A stretch of 64,000 bases of DNA from Eledone cirrhosa (lineage: Eukaryota). Made by a program: the position numbers and the translations under genes. Numbering within the stretch: position 1 is the first letter of the stretch; every line of letters begins with the position of its first letter. The stretch spans positions 40,114,001 through 40,178,000 of the forward strand of contig OZ024745.1 in NCBI GenBank assembly GCA_964016885.1. The letters are read 5' to 3'. Below are positions 28,560-42,294 of the stretch, one piece after another. The notes beneath the pieces are model-generated. The model saw only the letters and a list, made by a program, of their open reading frames with translations. It was not told the origin of the DNA and ran no database searches.

Positions 28560-29343
28560 TTTTCCTTTTTATTTTTCTCTCTCTTTTTTCTGGGTTAGAA
28601 AATGATTAAAACGAAATATTTTACTTTGTGTGAAGTGTTAAGGTATTAGTTTATTTATTTATTAATTAACAATGGCATTTATTTATTTATTTATATATTT
28701 AATAATTGTCTATTACCGGTGTCAGCATTTTTATGGCTTATTAAATGATAATAATATGTATTGATATACAATGTTGGTGTTGTTGAACATGTTAATGAAA
28801 TGGTGCAGAAAAATAATGTTATTTACAAACAAGGTTTATGAAGTGAAAATAAAAAAATTTAAAAAGAGGCAATGTGAAAGAAAACATAATATTATTTACA
28901 GGCATAGTTCTTTAAGATAAGCAGATCAAAATGTGTTAATATAGCAAGAATGCTTAGTTGATCCATGATGGAGGCAAATGGTAGTCTGGTGTTTGATATG
29001 ATTTCCCTTTTTAAAGAGTTAATATGCAGGGGGAGGTAATTCAGGGTGGGAGAGAAATGATGGATGGTATTTAATTTATATAAGAAAAAGGATTAGGTAG
29101 AGTGTGAGGGGGGTAATTCTTTAGGTATTTGTATTTGGTCATTGTTCGTTCCAGTTTTAGTTTAGTCCGAAGTTTAGTGCATTAAGTAGAGGTTGGAATT
29201 TATTAATGAAATACGTTTCCTTATTGGTACGATGGATGAAAGATTGCGTTCAGTGAACATATCGCCAAATGAGCACCCAACCAACATGCAAACTTTAAAA
29301 TCTTCCCCATTTACAAATTCATAGACAACGCTACTTTCATCCA
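28560..29343 (-). mobile_element. 5'-truncated PLE (family C-related) with a 5' inversion
   Basis: Minus strand from 29242 encodes FIHRTNKETYFINKFQPLLN. Plus strand 29249-29343 encodes the immediately upstream SEHIAK*APNQHANFKIFPIYKFIDNATFIH. Degenerate HHR-like motif at ~28711-28748. Confidence 0.75.
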
Positions 29344-30499
29344 CTCTGAGAGAATATGCTCCGAAATCTTTAGACGTGTCCGTCGAACCGGCGAGACCAG
29401 AATCAGACAGATCCACACAATGATCGTGTCTCGAGCTGTCCGCCGGCGAAACAATTATGACACACAATAAATTGAGTTCAGATGCTTCACTGATTTTTTG
29501 TTTTCTATTATATCATACTCTGCTCTATAAGAACATAGAGTGCTCAACCGGCATACCGCCTATGGAAGCATCTTAGCTACCATCAGACACATAAATATCA
29601 ATATGTGTGCGTGTGTGTGTGTGTGTGTGCGTGTGTATGCGTGTGTGTGTGTGGGTGTTTGTGCGCGTGTGTGTATACAGACAGAGAGATAGAGATAGAG
29701 AGAGACGTATATTAAAAAGTACAGGTGCAATGTTATGTGAGTAAGTGAATGTATGTAAACACAAACGTTTCAGGCAATGAATATTGTCTAAGCATTTTAC
29801 TATTTCTGAACTGGATGTTTCAGCCATAATGGCTTATGACTTTCTTTTCGAAACGTAGTGCACATTACCGGAAAGCAAACATATTAAGGATTAATTTAGT
29901 ACATAAAAATCCATAATATAATCTTCACTGTATGAAGGACTACATTTTACTGTGTGTTAAGTGTACATCTCATTGCTATATGTCCAATATATTGTTATCT
30001 TAATGGGGTGTTCACGTTCGGTAAACATCGTAACAAACTATATATATTCTATGCATCTCTATTCTACACAATAAAATAATACTTCACAATCCGTACCACT
30101 TTACACACATATATATATGCATGCGTGTGCGTGTGTCTATGTGTTTCCAAGATCTGATACTCCATTTATACTAAGCCTATGGCGTGCTGCTTCATATTTG
30201 AATGTGTGAGACTGTATGTGTAATTTTGTGGCATTTTCATATAAATAATTACTTTAATGATTGTTTCTAATAAGCATAAAAACTGACATTCTGCAACGTG
30301 AAAAGCTAATGACATGTGTAACAATCTAAACATGTAATTATCGAAACCGCAGACATATAAAATATGTGAGTAGCTTGTCATTTTCAAGTCCTTTTCTATT
30401 GGAATGGAAGGGAATTAACGGAATTGGATCTCTCTATGTTTCGTTGATGAGTGTTCTAATTGTTCAATCAGTGGAATAGCCTGCTCGAGATACTAACAT

Positions 30500-30860
30500 A
30501 CAATGTACACTGGCATCCTTCTGGAAGCGTGGTCGCTCGCTGAACGACATCGGATCACTAACGATATGTGTGACAGCCGTGAGCGCAACCTGGACTTCTG
30601 ACGAGTACGAACAAGACCAGTTTGAGATATATGCATCACTTTATCGGACTGGAATAGAGGTTGGGTTGGCAGTTCTCTTAAGGAAAGGTTTCTATTTCCA
30701 GGTACCGGGATATTTTCGGGCATCTGGAAATTTTCCTTGCAAGTCCCACACATTAATGTTAGGGGAGGGGTAAAATGGCATATCAGGCGTAGTTTGGGAC
30801 GGTCATAGAGGAGAAGATATATACCGGGGTGCAAAAGGCTCATGAACCTGATCAGAACAT
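30500..30860 (+). pseudogene. Possible decayed L1/Tx1-type AP endonuclease fragment
   Basis: Remnants such as LNDIGSLTICV and VGLAVLLRKG resemble the N-terminal APE motifs; very degraded. Confidence 0.25.
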
Positions 30861-31739
30861 TCAAGCTCTCTGAGACATAATGACAAGAATTCTAGAATGT
30901 GGCAGTGTAAACATGGAGAAATGGCAGATCGTATATCGAAAATAATTTCATATAATAAAATTTTACTGGTTTCTTTATTAATTCCTATATAATATCAAAC
31001 ATCTTAGTCATTATCGGTTGTACTATGCCCAGTACTATTCTCAGTAAATATTTTATTCACACACGCCTTTACAGCCAAGCTTTGATCTGCTCGTATCTTT
31101 AAACCTATTTATTATCTTTATCATCCCCATCACACTAATCGTCATCCATTTTTTAAAACTCAAATTTATCATCATCCTCATCATCTCCCATACCATCAGC
31201 ACGGCATTCCTATTTCTCTTAAATCGTTTCTGCGTCTTTTCTTAGCATTTTTGCTTTCACAACCCCCTTATTTCTTTCCTTTCACACCCATTTATATAAA
31301 AATATTTAATTCAGACTAATGATCCTGTGAATGCGCCGGTGAAACGCACGAGTTACACAACAATTAACCATATTCATTGAACATATATGTATGGAGAGAG
31401 AAAGGCTAGACACGTTTGGAATGCATTTAATCTCAATCCGGCTGTACGACCAGAATATTTGTATGAAAACTCAAACACTATTGATGTAGTCAAGAATTGT
31501 ATTCGATGATTCCACATTAATTACTTAAGTGGTTACTTTGTAACTCTCTAATGATAAAACCAAATGTGATCTCACCAGAATGTGAAATGTGAAATTAAAG
31601 GAATAGAATTCAAAGCTGCAGAGCATTGGTCCAATTTTTTGACGTACCAGCCTATCCAGCCTCTATCAGCAGATACAAAACAAACCCATTTGATGTATCT
31701 AATAATTTGTTCTAGTTTTAGCACAAGGCCAGCAATTAG

Positions 31740-31822
31740 CCAGTGCATTACTGCTACTTTATTTTATCGACCCCATAAGGATGAAAGGTAAAGTTAACCT
31801 TGGCATGATTTGAATTCACAAT
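31740..31822 (-). mobile_element. SINE fragment (Deu/Nin-type core)
   Basis: attttatcgaccccataaggatgaaaggtaaagttaaccttggcatgatttgaattcac is the reverse complement of the SINE core at 39092-39155. Confidence 0.75.
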
Positions 31823-32626
31823 GGCAAGGGCCGTAACTCTATGCGTCAAAGATGGCGTCCGACCCTCTACCGATACTCCCAAGACTACTATCACTTCATT
31901 CAATACGATACCTTTTATCTCTCCCATCATCTCATGTCACACTCGTATTATTTATCACCCTTTATTAATATGGCGGAGCGTCAATTCCAAGTTCCATCTG
32001 AAATAGCAGTAATGAATTTATGACATAGTCAAGTTAATTTCAATATAAGTTGGAAAAGTCATTCTTGCTAGGCTAAATATTATAGGTCTTCGATAAGTGT
32101 TGAGTAGTAATTATAAAGCAGCATCAAACTTCAAAACATCCAGTTACTAACCATTTGCAATGTTTGAAATAGTTTGGGGGTTGTTATATATTTTATGGAC
32201 ACACCGACTGCCCAAATAATGAGATTAATCTATCAGAATTTATACCTAGCAAAACTAAATATTCATTTATTGCTTTTTCGTGTTGTAATCAGTCTTCTAA
32301 TTTACAAAGATACCATACTTTCCAGACATTTTTTGTTTCAACCTTGTGTAGATATGAACTACTTCGAACACATTTATATAAAATCTAATTCGAAATAGTA
32401 ATGCTGGATGAAAGGAATATTATATATTATGGTTTAATGGGTAAACAAATGCAGATATCTGTCGCCATGATCATTCTACACATTCTTCATAGATAATAAC
32501 ATACATAATTTCATTTTATTATCTACCATGTAATATCAATTGAAATTTAAATTTTCTTCTATAAAGGAGGTTTTTATGTAATTATATCATCTATATAATT
32601 ATTATATATATATATAATTATATATG

Positions 32627-32685
<59 letters not shown>

Positions 32686-33729
32686 ATAATAATAAATTTG
32701 AAGACCAAAATTCAAAGAGGGCTCGATAAGGATACATATATATCAAATATATAAGAACAGTAGAGCAAATATTTCAGAAGATCTCGTTAAGGGTGAAAGC
32801 AGCGATTCTTTGCTTAAACTTTAATCTGTTATTTTAATAAATATATATATATATATATATATCGATTATTTCGTTAATAAATTATTACTTTTGGTTTTTT
32901 CAAATAATATTAGTTGTGCAATTTTAATAGTATTTCCGTGCAATTTACATTATGGTAATTCCTGAAGAGAAGTTCGAATCTTGATGAATAGAGGTGCATT
33001 ATTCTATTTATCTAGCTTGGTGACAATATCGTAATTGAATATTCGATATGGATATAACTATGGAGGGCATGAGGCTGCGAATTGGCAGATTCGTTAAAAC
33101 CTCAGACAGAAAGAGATTGCGTTATCCGTTCGAGTTTTCTAAGATAAAATCCCATATGATGTCAAGATTTATTTCAGACTTCCGAGATCCATTGAATGGT
33201 ACCAGCCCATTCCTGGGCCGATTCTTCTTCTAGATTTTTATATCACTTTCTCCCAATCAATCTTTCTTTTATGCTCTGGAGTACGCACAACCACAAAAAG
33301 AATAAACAATTTTTAAGGGGGCCTCACGCTTCCGTGGTCCTCAGCTAAACAATCCCGACTGAGCTCTCTGGCGGAGTGATGGGCAGAACCTCGGTAAAAG
33401 CATGAAGGTGGTAGAGTGTGATTTAAAGATTTTTGTTTCCTACAGTATAAGGTCTTCAATGCCAACATGGGTATCACCTTGACAGCTCAACTTCGACTAA
33501 TAGTATTATGCTGCTTAGATTTAATTTCATTAACTAACAAGATGTCTGCCATTGAGATGGATGTGATTTTGTAACATTTCTTTCTATTTCGAACCTTTCA
33601 TTAATTACTCATCATTGTGCCCGTAAATATTGGCATCTTAGTCGTACAGTCGAAATTCATGACATGCCCTGGGTTTTTTTATATTACCTGGCAGCGCAAT
33701 TACCTCTCCAGATGTTACCGTAGTCGATG

Positions 33730-33788
<59 letters not shown>

Positions 33789-34289
33789 GAGGGAGAGAGA
33801 GAGAGGGTGTGTGTGTGTGTGCGTGTGTGTATATAGATAGAGGGAGGAGTGAAGTGAGGAGCGAAAGATGCAAGAGGGAATAGTCAATTCCAGTATTGGA
33901 ATGGCATTTCATTTATTAATCTTCAAATGATGAAAGGCAATATTCACCTCGGTATTAGTACAGCAATGAATCCATCAAGCTGTCGTTCTATCCATAAATG
34001 GTCAGCTACAACAATCACGACTGAAATCCTGAATCGAGTGGCGAATTGAACGTTGAACAGAATGCCTTGCAGTATAAGCGCCGGCTCTTTTATCTAAGAC
34101 ATCAAATCACTCTGAAGTCAATTTCGCTTTCTTTTATTTGAGGGGAGAGGCATAAATGTATCATTCCAGAAATTTAGTTTGGTGAGAGTTATAGATCATC
34201 GGAGCATGTTTCATTATATCTGTTCTATATTTTGTAACTTCAGTGCTGCTTGTAACTTCAGTGCTGCTTGTACAGCACTGAAAAGTGAG

Positions 34290-35500
34290 TATGAAATTAA
34301 GCAAGCCGAATACATGCAGAGAAAGATCAATCATATCTCGAGTACTGTCAGCAATAAGAAGTCCGCTGAAGCCTGGAAAACTGTCAATGAAATTAGTGGC
34401 AAAAAGGTAGTGACAAGGCCAAACTGAAAGCCTCCAGCCAAGACGAACGTTTAGAACTGTGGCAACAACATTTTCAGAACCTACTTGCAAAGCACCACAG
34501 ATCATCGAAGAAGAAATAATACCCGTTTTTACAGAGGAACACCAAATACAGAAAGGTCCTTTCACTATGGAGGAACTACAGAAGGCAGTGTATTGGTAAC
34601 GGAAAAGCGTGCGGACTCGACGAGATCCCAGCTGAAGGGTGGAAGGTACCTGAATTTCACCCAATCCTACTAGAGTTGTTTAATGGTGTCTATAATCAAG
34701 ACCCCGTAGACAAATGGACTGAGGGATGTATACTCCCTTTTCTCAAAAAGGCTGATCTCCGAATGGCTAACAACTACCGTGGCATAACACTAATGGCAAT
34801 TGCCGCAAAGATTTACAATATCATGCTGTTTGACAGAATAAGACCTGTCATTGACCCCTTGCTGAGAAAAAACCAAAATGGCTTCCGCACCAACAGATCA
34901 ACGTCAGGGCAAATACTTACAATTCGGCGTATCTTGGAAGGCGTAAAAGCCAAAAACCTAGCTATATCGCCTCTACAGAACATGATGTTAACATCAGACT
35001 GGGAAAAGCCTGGGGAGCATTGAATGCAATGGAAATGATATGGAAATCAAACCTGCCGGCCAAACTGAAAATGAATTTCTTCAGAGCTGCTGTGGAGTCT
35101 GTGCCTGTTTATGGCTCTATCACTTGGACGCTAACGTCGAAATTGGAGAAAAAGCTAGACGGGGCATACCCACGTATGCTCCGCGCTGCTTTAAACGTGT
35201 CTTCGAGGGAACACCCAACAAATAAGGATCTCTATGGCAATATACCACCTATCAGCAGGTCAATACGTGGACATAGATTCAGATTTGCTGGCCACTGTTG
35301 ACTCAGCAAGGAAGAAATAGCAGGTGATGTGTTGTTATGGAGTCCATCTCATGGAGCAAGAAACGCTGGTCGTCCCAAGAAGACATACGTCAAGCAACTT
35401 GAGGACGATACTGGATGCAGTGCGGAAGAACTGGTAAAAGCTATGAAAGACAGAGATGGATGGAGGAAACGTGTCGTAAGAAAGCCGAGCAAGCTCGACC
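34290..35500 (+). pseudogene. Internally deleted RTE/RTE-X-like LINE fragment
   Basis: KLKASSQDERLELWQQHF, GLDEIP, WTEGCILPFLKKADL..NNYRGITL, LRKNQNGFR...QILTIRRILE, then a jump at ~34960 to [39 protein letters not shown]...RDGWRKRV. The catalytic RT core is missing. Confidence 0.85.
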
Positions 35501-38458
35501 TATATTTTGGTTCTGGGAGTTCATATCCCCTTTGTCACCCACTTATTTGTTATACATAATATGTCACCCGACCTACACAACCAGATAGCTATTGAGTGGT
35601 TTCAACGAAAATTCCTATTTAGCTAGCATAACAGTCAGCTCTTCGGTTTGATGTTAAATTTCCCTTTCTCTCAATCCTATATTTCCTGTCTCAGTATATA
35701 TTAAACTAAAAAGCAAGAGTAATCATATTTTGACATTCTTGGTAATTCGACTCCCTAGAAGTATTTAATTTCGTTGACTAACTATCGCTTGTTAATTATG
35801 ACGAATTAAAGGAATCAAATGAGTTACAGGAATATTTCTTCACCAAACAAATTCATTATTAAAATAATTTCTGTTACTCAAACTGAAGATGGAGTAATTT
35901 CTTTATTAAAGTTTATATTCTCACTTGCGTGAATACTTCATGATATTTTAGTAGGTTATTCATTTAGAGATACCGGTTTTACTTTACACATTTCAATTAA
36001 TTGTCTTTTGGAAATAAATAAACCTAGATTGGTGACATAGCTGGACATTTGTGTTTTCCGCTATCACAGAAAATGAGCTTTCTTTTTACAATAATTGTGT
36101 TGTAGATTGGCAACTGAGAATGTATATGATTACTTTCGAAATATTCTCATAATAGTCTAGGAACAATAATTAGGGGAATACTTTAAGTGATATAGGAATA
36201 TCAAACTTGTTAAGAAGCCTTACAAAGACTGCGAGTATGAATAGGAAATACTGAAGGATTTGGTGATTACATGTACCAGAGCTTCTAAATATATTTCGTT
36301 TTTTTTTGTCCTTATCTATCTACTACATTAATTACCGTTGCCAAATAATGTTTTTACTTCGGCAGATCCATGTGGATAGGGTTATTACTATGGCCATTAT
36401 CCATAAAATATGTATTTCTACATCGTTTATTACTGTACAAAAGTAAATAAAATTCACAAAATATATAAACATATGCAAATAAAGTGATATCCTGAGGTGC
36501 ACCTTTGAGATAATACTAGAAAGCTCTGTTTATAATCTAAACAATTGGCTTCATGACTTCCCATTTCATATAAATCATCTTCATTTAGAGACAATCTGAC
36601 CTAAATCGAATGCGTCAATAATCAAGGGCCACTTAGTGCGTAATTAGTCACTGCTACTGATTTGATTAAATATTCATCAATTTTAAAGTTTATCAATCTT
36701 TTTAACTCTGAAGATAAGAAAAAGGCTAGTATCTCTGAATAATCAAAAATTTACAAGCAGCCAAACGCGCACTTTAACTGAGACATTAAATATGCAACAA
36801 CGTTTTCAATTAGGCCACTTCTGAAATAAGTCAATGTATTTTGATAGTTACCGTTCGTGTTAATATCACTCCCATAATAAATATATGAATTATATGTAAT
36901 ACCTATGAATATGACCACCATTATATAACTAATATCTGATCAACGCATTCAGTTATCCGAGAGCTTACCTCAGGGGAGTAAATACGTCTCTGCTCTCGTT
37001 TGATGTAATCAGAAAACATGGTAATTTATTTTAAGATACTGCGTGTACTGTTGTTATTGATATTGTCAAACCCGACGTAGCTCTGCTTCAGTAGACTAAT
37101 CCTGACATGTCTGCATGTTTTTTTTAGATTCATAAATGGCCAGACAGTGCATTGGGTATTTCGTTTTTTTAAGATCTGTGTGTTCTATAATTCCTTATTA
37201 ATTTTATCTCATTGATTGAAGATGTAGGGTATTCCTCATATTAATATCACCTACATTTTGATAAACGTATACTAGTTTGTTTTTTCCTTCCTATTTCAAT
37301 ATATCGAATATATAAAAGTGACTCCTACAGCGTAATCTGAAATTTAGCCAGGGCTGCAAAAATCTGATCTAGTTTAATGTTTTGCCAGGCTTTCTGTCAT
37401 GTATTTTGGGATTTTTTTGCCTTCCTCTGATAGGATTGACTTACAGTTTATATTTAAATTTTATAAAACACAATTACTGACACAAGTTGATAACATCAGT
37501 TGGGTTGTCAAACAATTAAATGATGAGTTTCAGCTTCAAGAACCATACTTCAGAAATATGCTTGATATGTCTGTTGATTCATATTGTTAAGAGAAAGTAC
37601 TTTTAGCTATTTTATTATTTTATTATACATTATATAGTTTCTGTTTTTATTAATACGTTGCTGTGGCCTCATATAAAATACAAGATAGAATAAAGACAAG
37701 ATACATCATGTTTTGCTTTAACAATTATTACATAAAACTTGCCGGCGTAAGGTTGGTAAATTATTAAGCAACGTGTCACGTAAATTTATGTGATAGTTGT
37801 TTAATATTTGTACGAATATTTCTTCATGAGGCACATCAATGCATTCGTTACATCTAACGACAAACTCGAATAATGATCGCTTAGATATTTCTATGAAATT
37901 CATTCACTGTGAATCTACTTTTAATGTATAAACTTTGTAGCTATGAGAGATTATTACATTGTGTGTTGCCCACTGGAGCTTAGCAATATGTTTTAATATT
38001 TTGTTTTCATACTCGGTTATCATTTAATGATGTTGTTTTTAGAAATGTGTGAAAGCATATCTTTTTTTAAATGTTATACTGATTCCTGTTTAATATCCAC
38101 TTGCGGAAACGAAGGATATTAAACATAAAATTACTAATTGGTGTGGAAAATCCAACCCATGCATAAAACAAATTAGTAAACGATATAAATGTAATGCATA
38201 GATATTCATCCACGTTAGATGTATTAGCTTCATTAAGTCGTAAACGATGCAATGGTTGTTGTACAAACATTCATAAAAGGATCCTTTCAACACGGAATTT
38301 TATAATGATTGCCTAAATCACGGTATAACAAATACGGAAGGGCGTGAAATATATACATGTAAAGCTACACTAATATTAAAAAGCATACACGCATTCACAC
38401 AGTTGCAAATGAAATCATAATTAAAAGGGGCACACTTGTGTCAATACAGTAGACGCAC

Positions 38459-38586
<128 letters not shown>

Positions 38587-39048
38587 TTGTATATACATCC
38601 ATTCATATGTATATTTTAATAAAATGTGCCTGTGCGTGCTTAAACATTGTAAGCATGTTGCAGGAGAGGATATTAAGATAATATATGAATGAAATATCGA
38701 TGGCCAGTGTTTGCGTAGAATTCCCTCGATTATATACTTTTATATTCTCTTCAACCATTCAACTGAATCGTATCACAGAAACCATAAAAGCAAATTTTAT
38801 TATTATCGTCAATGAATGTCTACTATATATATATATATCCCTGTGTGGTTAATGCTGGAGAGAGAAGAATAGTCAATGAAGAAGTAGGGTATAAGTGTTT
38901 CTTTATATTAAAGATTCGCTTTTTATCACAATGTCATCAGGATGTAATAATCATGTATGTGATAGTCGGCAGAGAGAAACGAGTATCCAAAACCGAAGTA
39001 GAGTTTTCATATTCATTTGATTAACTCTAAATAGTGAGTCTCCTTATA

Positions 39049-39242
39049 ATTGGCAGTATCGGTAGAGCGTCAGATATCGTGTTTTGCTTTCTGAGTTCAA
39101 ATCCCGCCAAGGTTAGCTTCGCCTTTCATCCTTACGGGTTCGATAAAATAAAGCACCAGTAATGTAATGTGGTCTATTTAATTGACTTTCCCCTACCACA
39201 TAGTTGCTGGCCTTGAGCTTATCTTAGAAATTATCATTATTA
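39049..39242 (+). mobile_element. tRNA-derived SINE with Deu/Nin-type core
   Basis: A-box-like tggcagtatcgg, B-box gagttcaaatccc, core gcctttcatccttacgggttcgataaaataaagcaccag, ATT-rich tail. Confidence 0.8.
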
Positions 39243-39289
39243 GACTTCATAAGGGTTTTTATACTGGTAGGTGCTATACCGACACTATA

Positions 39290-39380
39290 TCAGTGATTTC
39301 CCCAATTTGTAGGGTGTGCAATGAGAAAAGTAAGACAATAAACCATTTTATTAGTCAAGGTAAGATGCCTGTTCAAATTG
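39290..39380 (+). pseudogene. Small fragment of the CCHC zinc knuckle of an RLE-type (R4/Dong/NeSL-like) non-LTR element
   Basis: SPICRVCNEKSKTINHFIS matches the C-R-x-C-x4-ET-x2-H motif, with E substituted by K. Confidence 0.5.
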
Positions 39381-39719
39381 GAACGACATCTCCCCAATTT
39401 CTAGTGGAGGTGACAGGTTCCGTTTTCAAGACGGTTCATCAGCTGCCAGCACCTGTATGTGGAGTGCTGGTCATGCCGTGGCAAGCGCAAATATGCGGTG
39501 GGGTTGCGGCATCTACAGATATTCTTCCTAAATATGGTGGTGTTGGCGTCAGGTTCAAGTGTGTTGTAGCTGAAAATGGGCGTGTGAATATGTGTAAACA
39601 CGCACGCACGTAAGAACGCGCATACAAACTCACATGCCCACGGTGCAGGCACGTGACGACCGTTCATATGGGGGAACATGTGTATGCTAACGTGTGTGAT
39701 TAACAGATATGTGTGATTG

Positions 39720-39780
<61 letters not shown>

Positions 39781-39846
39781 CGTGTGAATATGTGTAAACA
39801 TGCGCACACAAACTCACATGCCCACGGTGCAGGCACGTGGCAACCG

Positions 39847-39926
<80 letters not shown>

Positions 39927-39964
39927 TATGTTTATATATATCTTATATATGTAAATATATAGTA

Positions 39965-40002
<38 letters not shown>

Positions 40003-40597
40003 TCTGTATACATGTGTGTATGTACGTATAAGTACTTATGTTTAAGTATCAGACTTAATTTCATGTTTTCCATTTATCGGTTTCGGTACAGCCACCGTTG
40101 CTCGTTTGTATATATATATATACATACTACTGTACGTCTGTATACATATATGTATGTACGTGTACATATTATATTTGAGTAGAAGCCGTACTAAGAGTGG
40201 GAAATGAAATTTCGTTTGCTTTTTTCAGTTTATCGTTTTCGGTGCACCCTGCCGATTAACCCACTCCATATGCAAATTAGGCTGCTCACCCGTTAATATG
40301 CATAAGGAAAGTATATACTTTCGGACATTCAACTATCTGGCAGGAAGGTATACGTTACTGACAAGAGCTAACAAGCTTGAAACTAGTACAGCGTTACTTT
40401 GTTAGTGTTGAACAAACGAGCAACGGTGGTTGCTGGACACTACGGTTTAATACGGGATGTTTGTTTACAAACACACCGAGCATTATAATAAATGTTTGGT
40501 GAATCCATACGTACATATATATATGTGTGCATGTATGTATATATATATATACATACTACTGTACGTCTGTATACATATATGTATATATGTATACATA

Positions 40598-40682
<85 letters not shown>

Positions 40683-41020
40683 AAACTATACATCGTTCCT
40701 GTGTCAGTGTTGAAAAAAAGGTGACGTGGTTGCCTAAACACTGTACGGCGGAATTCGGGCTGTTTGTTTGTCTACAAACAAACAAACCGAACATTATAAT
40801 AAATGTTCGGTTAACCGATACGTTCATATATATATATATATGTGCATGTATGTATATATATACATACTACTGTACGTCTGTATACATATATGTATGTACG
40901 CATACATACATACATACTTACATTTAAGTAAGTGCCGTACTAAGAGTGAGAAATGAAATTTCGTTTCATTTAATTCCATTTATCGTATTCGGTGCGCCCA
41001 GCCGACTGAACTCACTCGAT

Positions 41021-41028
41021 ATGCAAAT
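41021..41028 (+). promoter_or_regulatory. Octamer motif ATGCAAAT, conserved in each complete repeat unit (also 40270 and 41451)
   Basis: Exact POU octamer at the same offset in three diverged units; function is inferred only. Confidence 0.4.
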
Positions 41029-41524
41029 TAGGCTGCTCAGCCGTTAATATGATTAAGTAAAGTATATACTTTCAGACGTTCAACCATCTGGCAGGAAGGT
41101 ATACGTTGCTGGTGATAGCTAATAAGCTTGAAACTAGAACAGCGTTCCTTTGTCAGTGTTGAAAAAACGAGCAACGATGGTTAATAGACACTACGGCTTA
41201 ATACGGGTTGTTTGTTTACAAACACACTGCGCATTATAATAAATGTTCGGTGAATCCATACGTACATATATATATGTGTGCATGTATGTATATATATATA
41301 TACATACTACTGTACGTATGTATACATATATGTGTGTACGTGTACATACTTATATTTAAGTAACAGCCGTACTAAGAGTGGGAAATGAAATTTCGTTTCC
41401 TTTTTTCCGTATATCGTTTTGTGTGCACCCGGCCGATTAACCCACTCGATATGCAAATTGGGCTAGTCAGCCGTTAATATGCATAAGGTAAGTATATACG
41501 TTCAACAAACTGGCAGGAAGGTAT

Positions 41525-41567
41525 ACGTTGCTGACGATAGCTAATAAGTTTGAAACTAGTACAGCTT
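41525..41567 (+). ncRNA. Minimal type I hammerhead, intact core
   Basis: ACGTTG-CTGACGA-tAGCT aata AGTTt-GAAA-C ta G-TA-CAGCt (consensus CAGCGT). Palindromic ACTAGT stem III; predicted cleavage after GUA at 41561. Confidence 0.8.
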
Positions 41568-41900
41568 TCTTTTGTCAGTGTTGAACAAACGAGCAACGAT
41601 GGTTGCTAGACACTACGGCTTAATACGAGATGTTTGTTTACAAACACACCGAACATTATAATAAATGTTCGGCGAATCCATACGTACATATATATGTGTG
41701 CATGTATGTATATATATATATATATATATATATACTTATTTTTGAAAGCGGCTGAACGCCTTCGTCTATTATGATGTCAGAAAATGTATATATTTACATA
41801 CTACTGTACGTCTGTATACAAATATGTATGTACGTGTACATACTTATATTTAAGTAACAACCGTACTAAGAGTGGGAAATGAAATTTCGTTTTATGTTTT

Positions 41901-41998
<98 letters not shown>

Positions 41999-42009
41999 AA
42001 ATATGATAA

Positions 42010-42294
42010 TAATGGAGCTGCGGCGCTGCAAAAGGGTTACATATGAAAAAGTTTGTCCTCATCAGTGGCCATCCAACCGTCGTAGGCATTTCGTCGCATT
42101 AAAGGCCATATACCTCAGGTTAGTGCAACTAACGGCTAAAAAAAAGTCGTTGGGACACGTAAATAAAGGGGACGCTAGGGTAAACAAACAAAATGGTTTA
42201 AGCAGCAGAAAGAGAGGAAGAAGGAAACAAGTCCCAGATTTCTATGAATATAAATTCGGTGGAATCGTGAACGAGAGAATAAAGACCATCAAAC

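Larger units (their letters stand above)
40121..41893 (+). repeat. Tandem array of about 420-440-bp hammerhead-containing units (retrozyme/satellite 2-like)
   Basis: Unit start tacatactactgtacgt at 40121, ~40551, 40861, 41301 and ~41796. HHR motifs at 40352-40394, 41103-41145 and 41525-41567 (half copy at ~40681). ATGCAAAT at 40270, 41021 and 41451. Confidence 0.88.

Noticed and set aside
32958-32990. attc CTGAAGA gaagttc GAAT...gaat hammerhead-like string
   Set aside because: GAAA is mutated, stem II is too short and there is no valid cleavage triplet.
35560-38420. Microsatellite-poor AT-rich stretch as a candidate gene or regulatory region
   Set aside because: Only short featureless ORFs and no motif I can support.
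39051-39110. tRNA gene
   Set aside because: A/B boxes are present but there is no cloverleaf, and it continues into a SINE core.
40121-41893. CRISPR-like array interpretation of the tandem repeats
   Set aside because: Units are ~430 bp with no unique spacers, there are no cas genes, and the context is eukaryotic.
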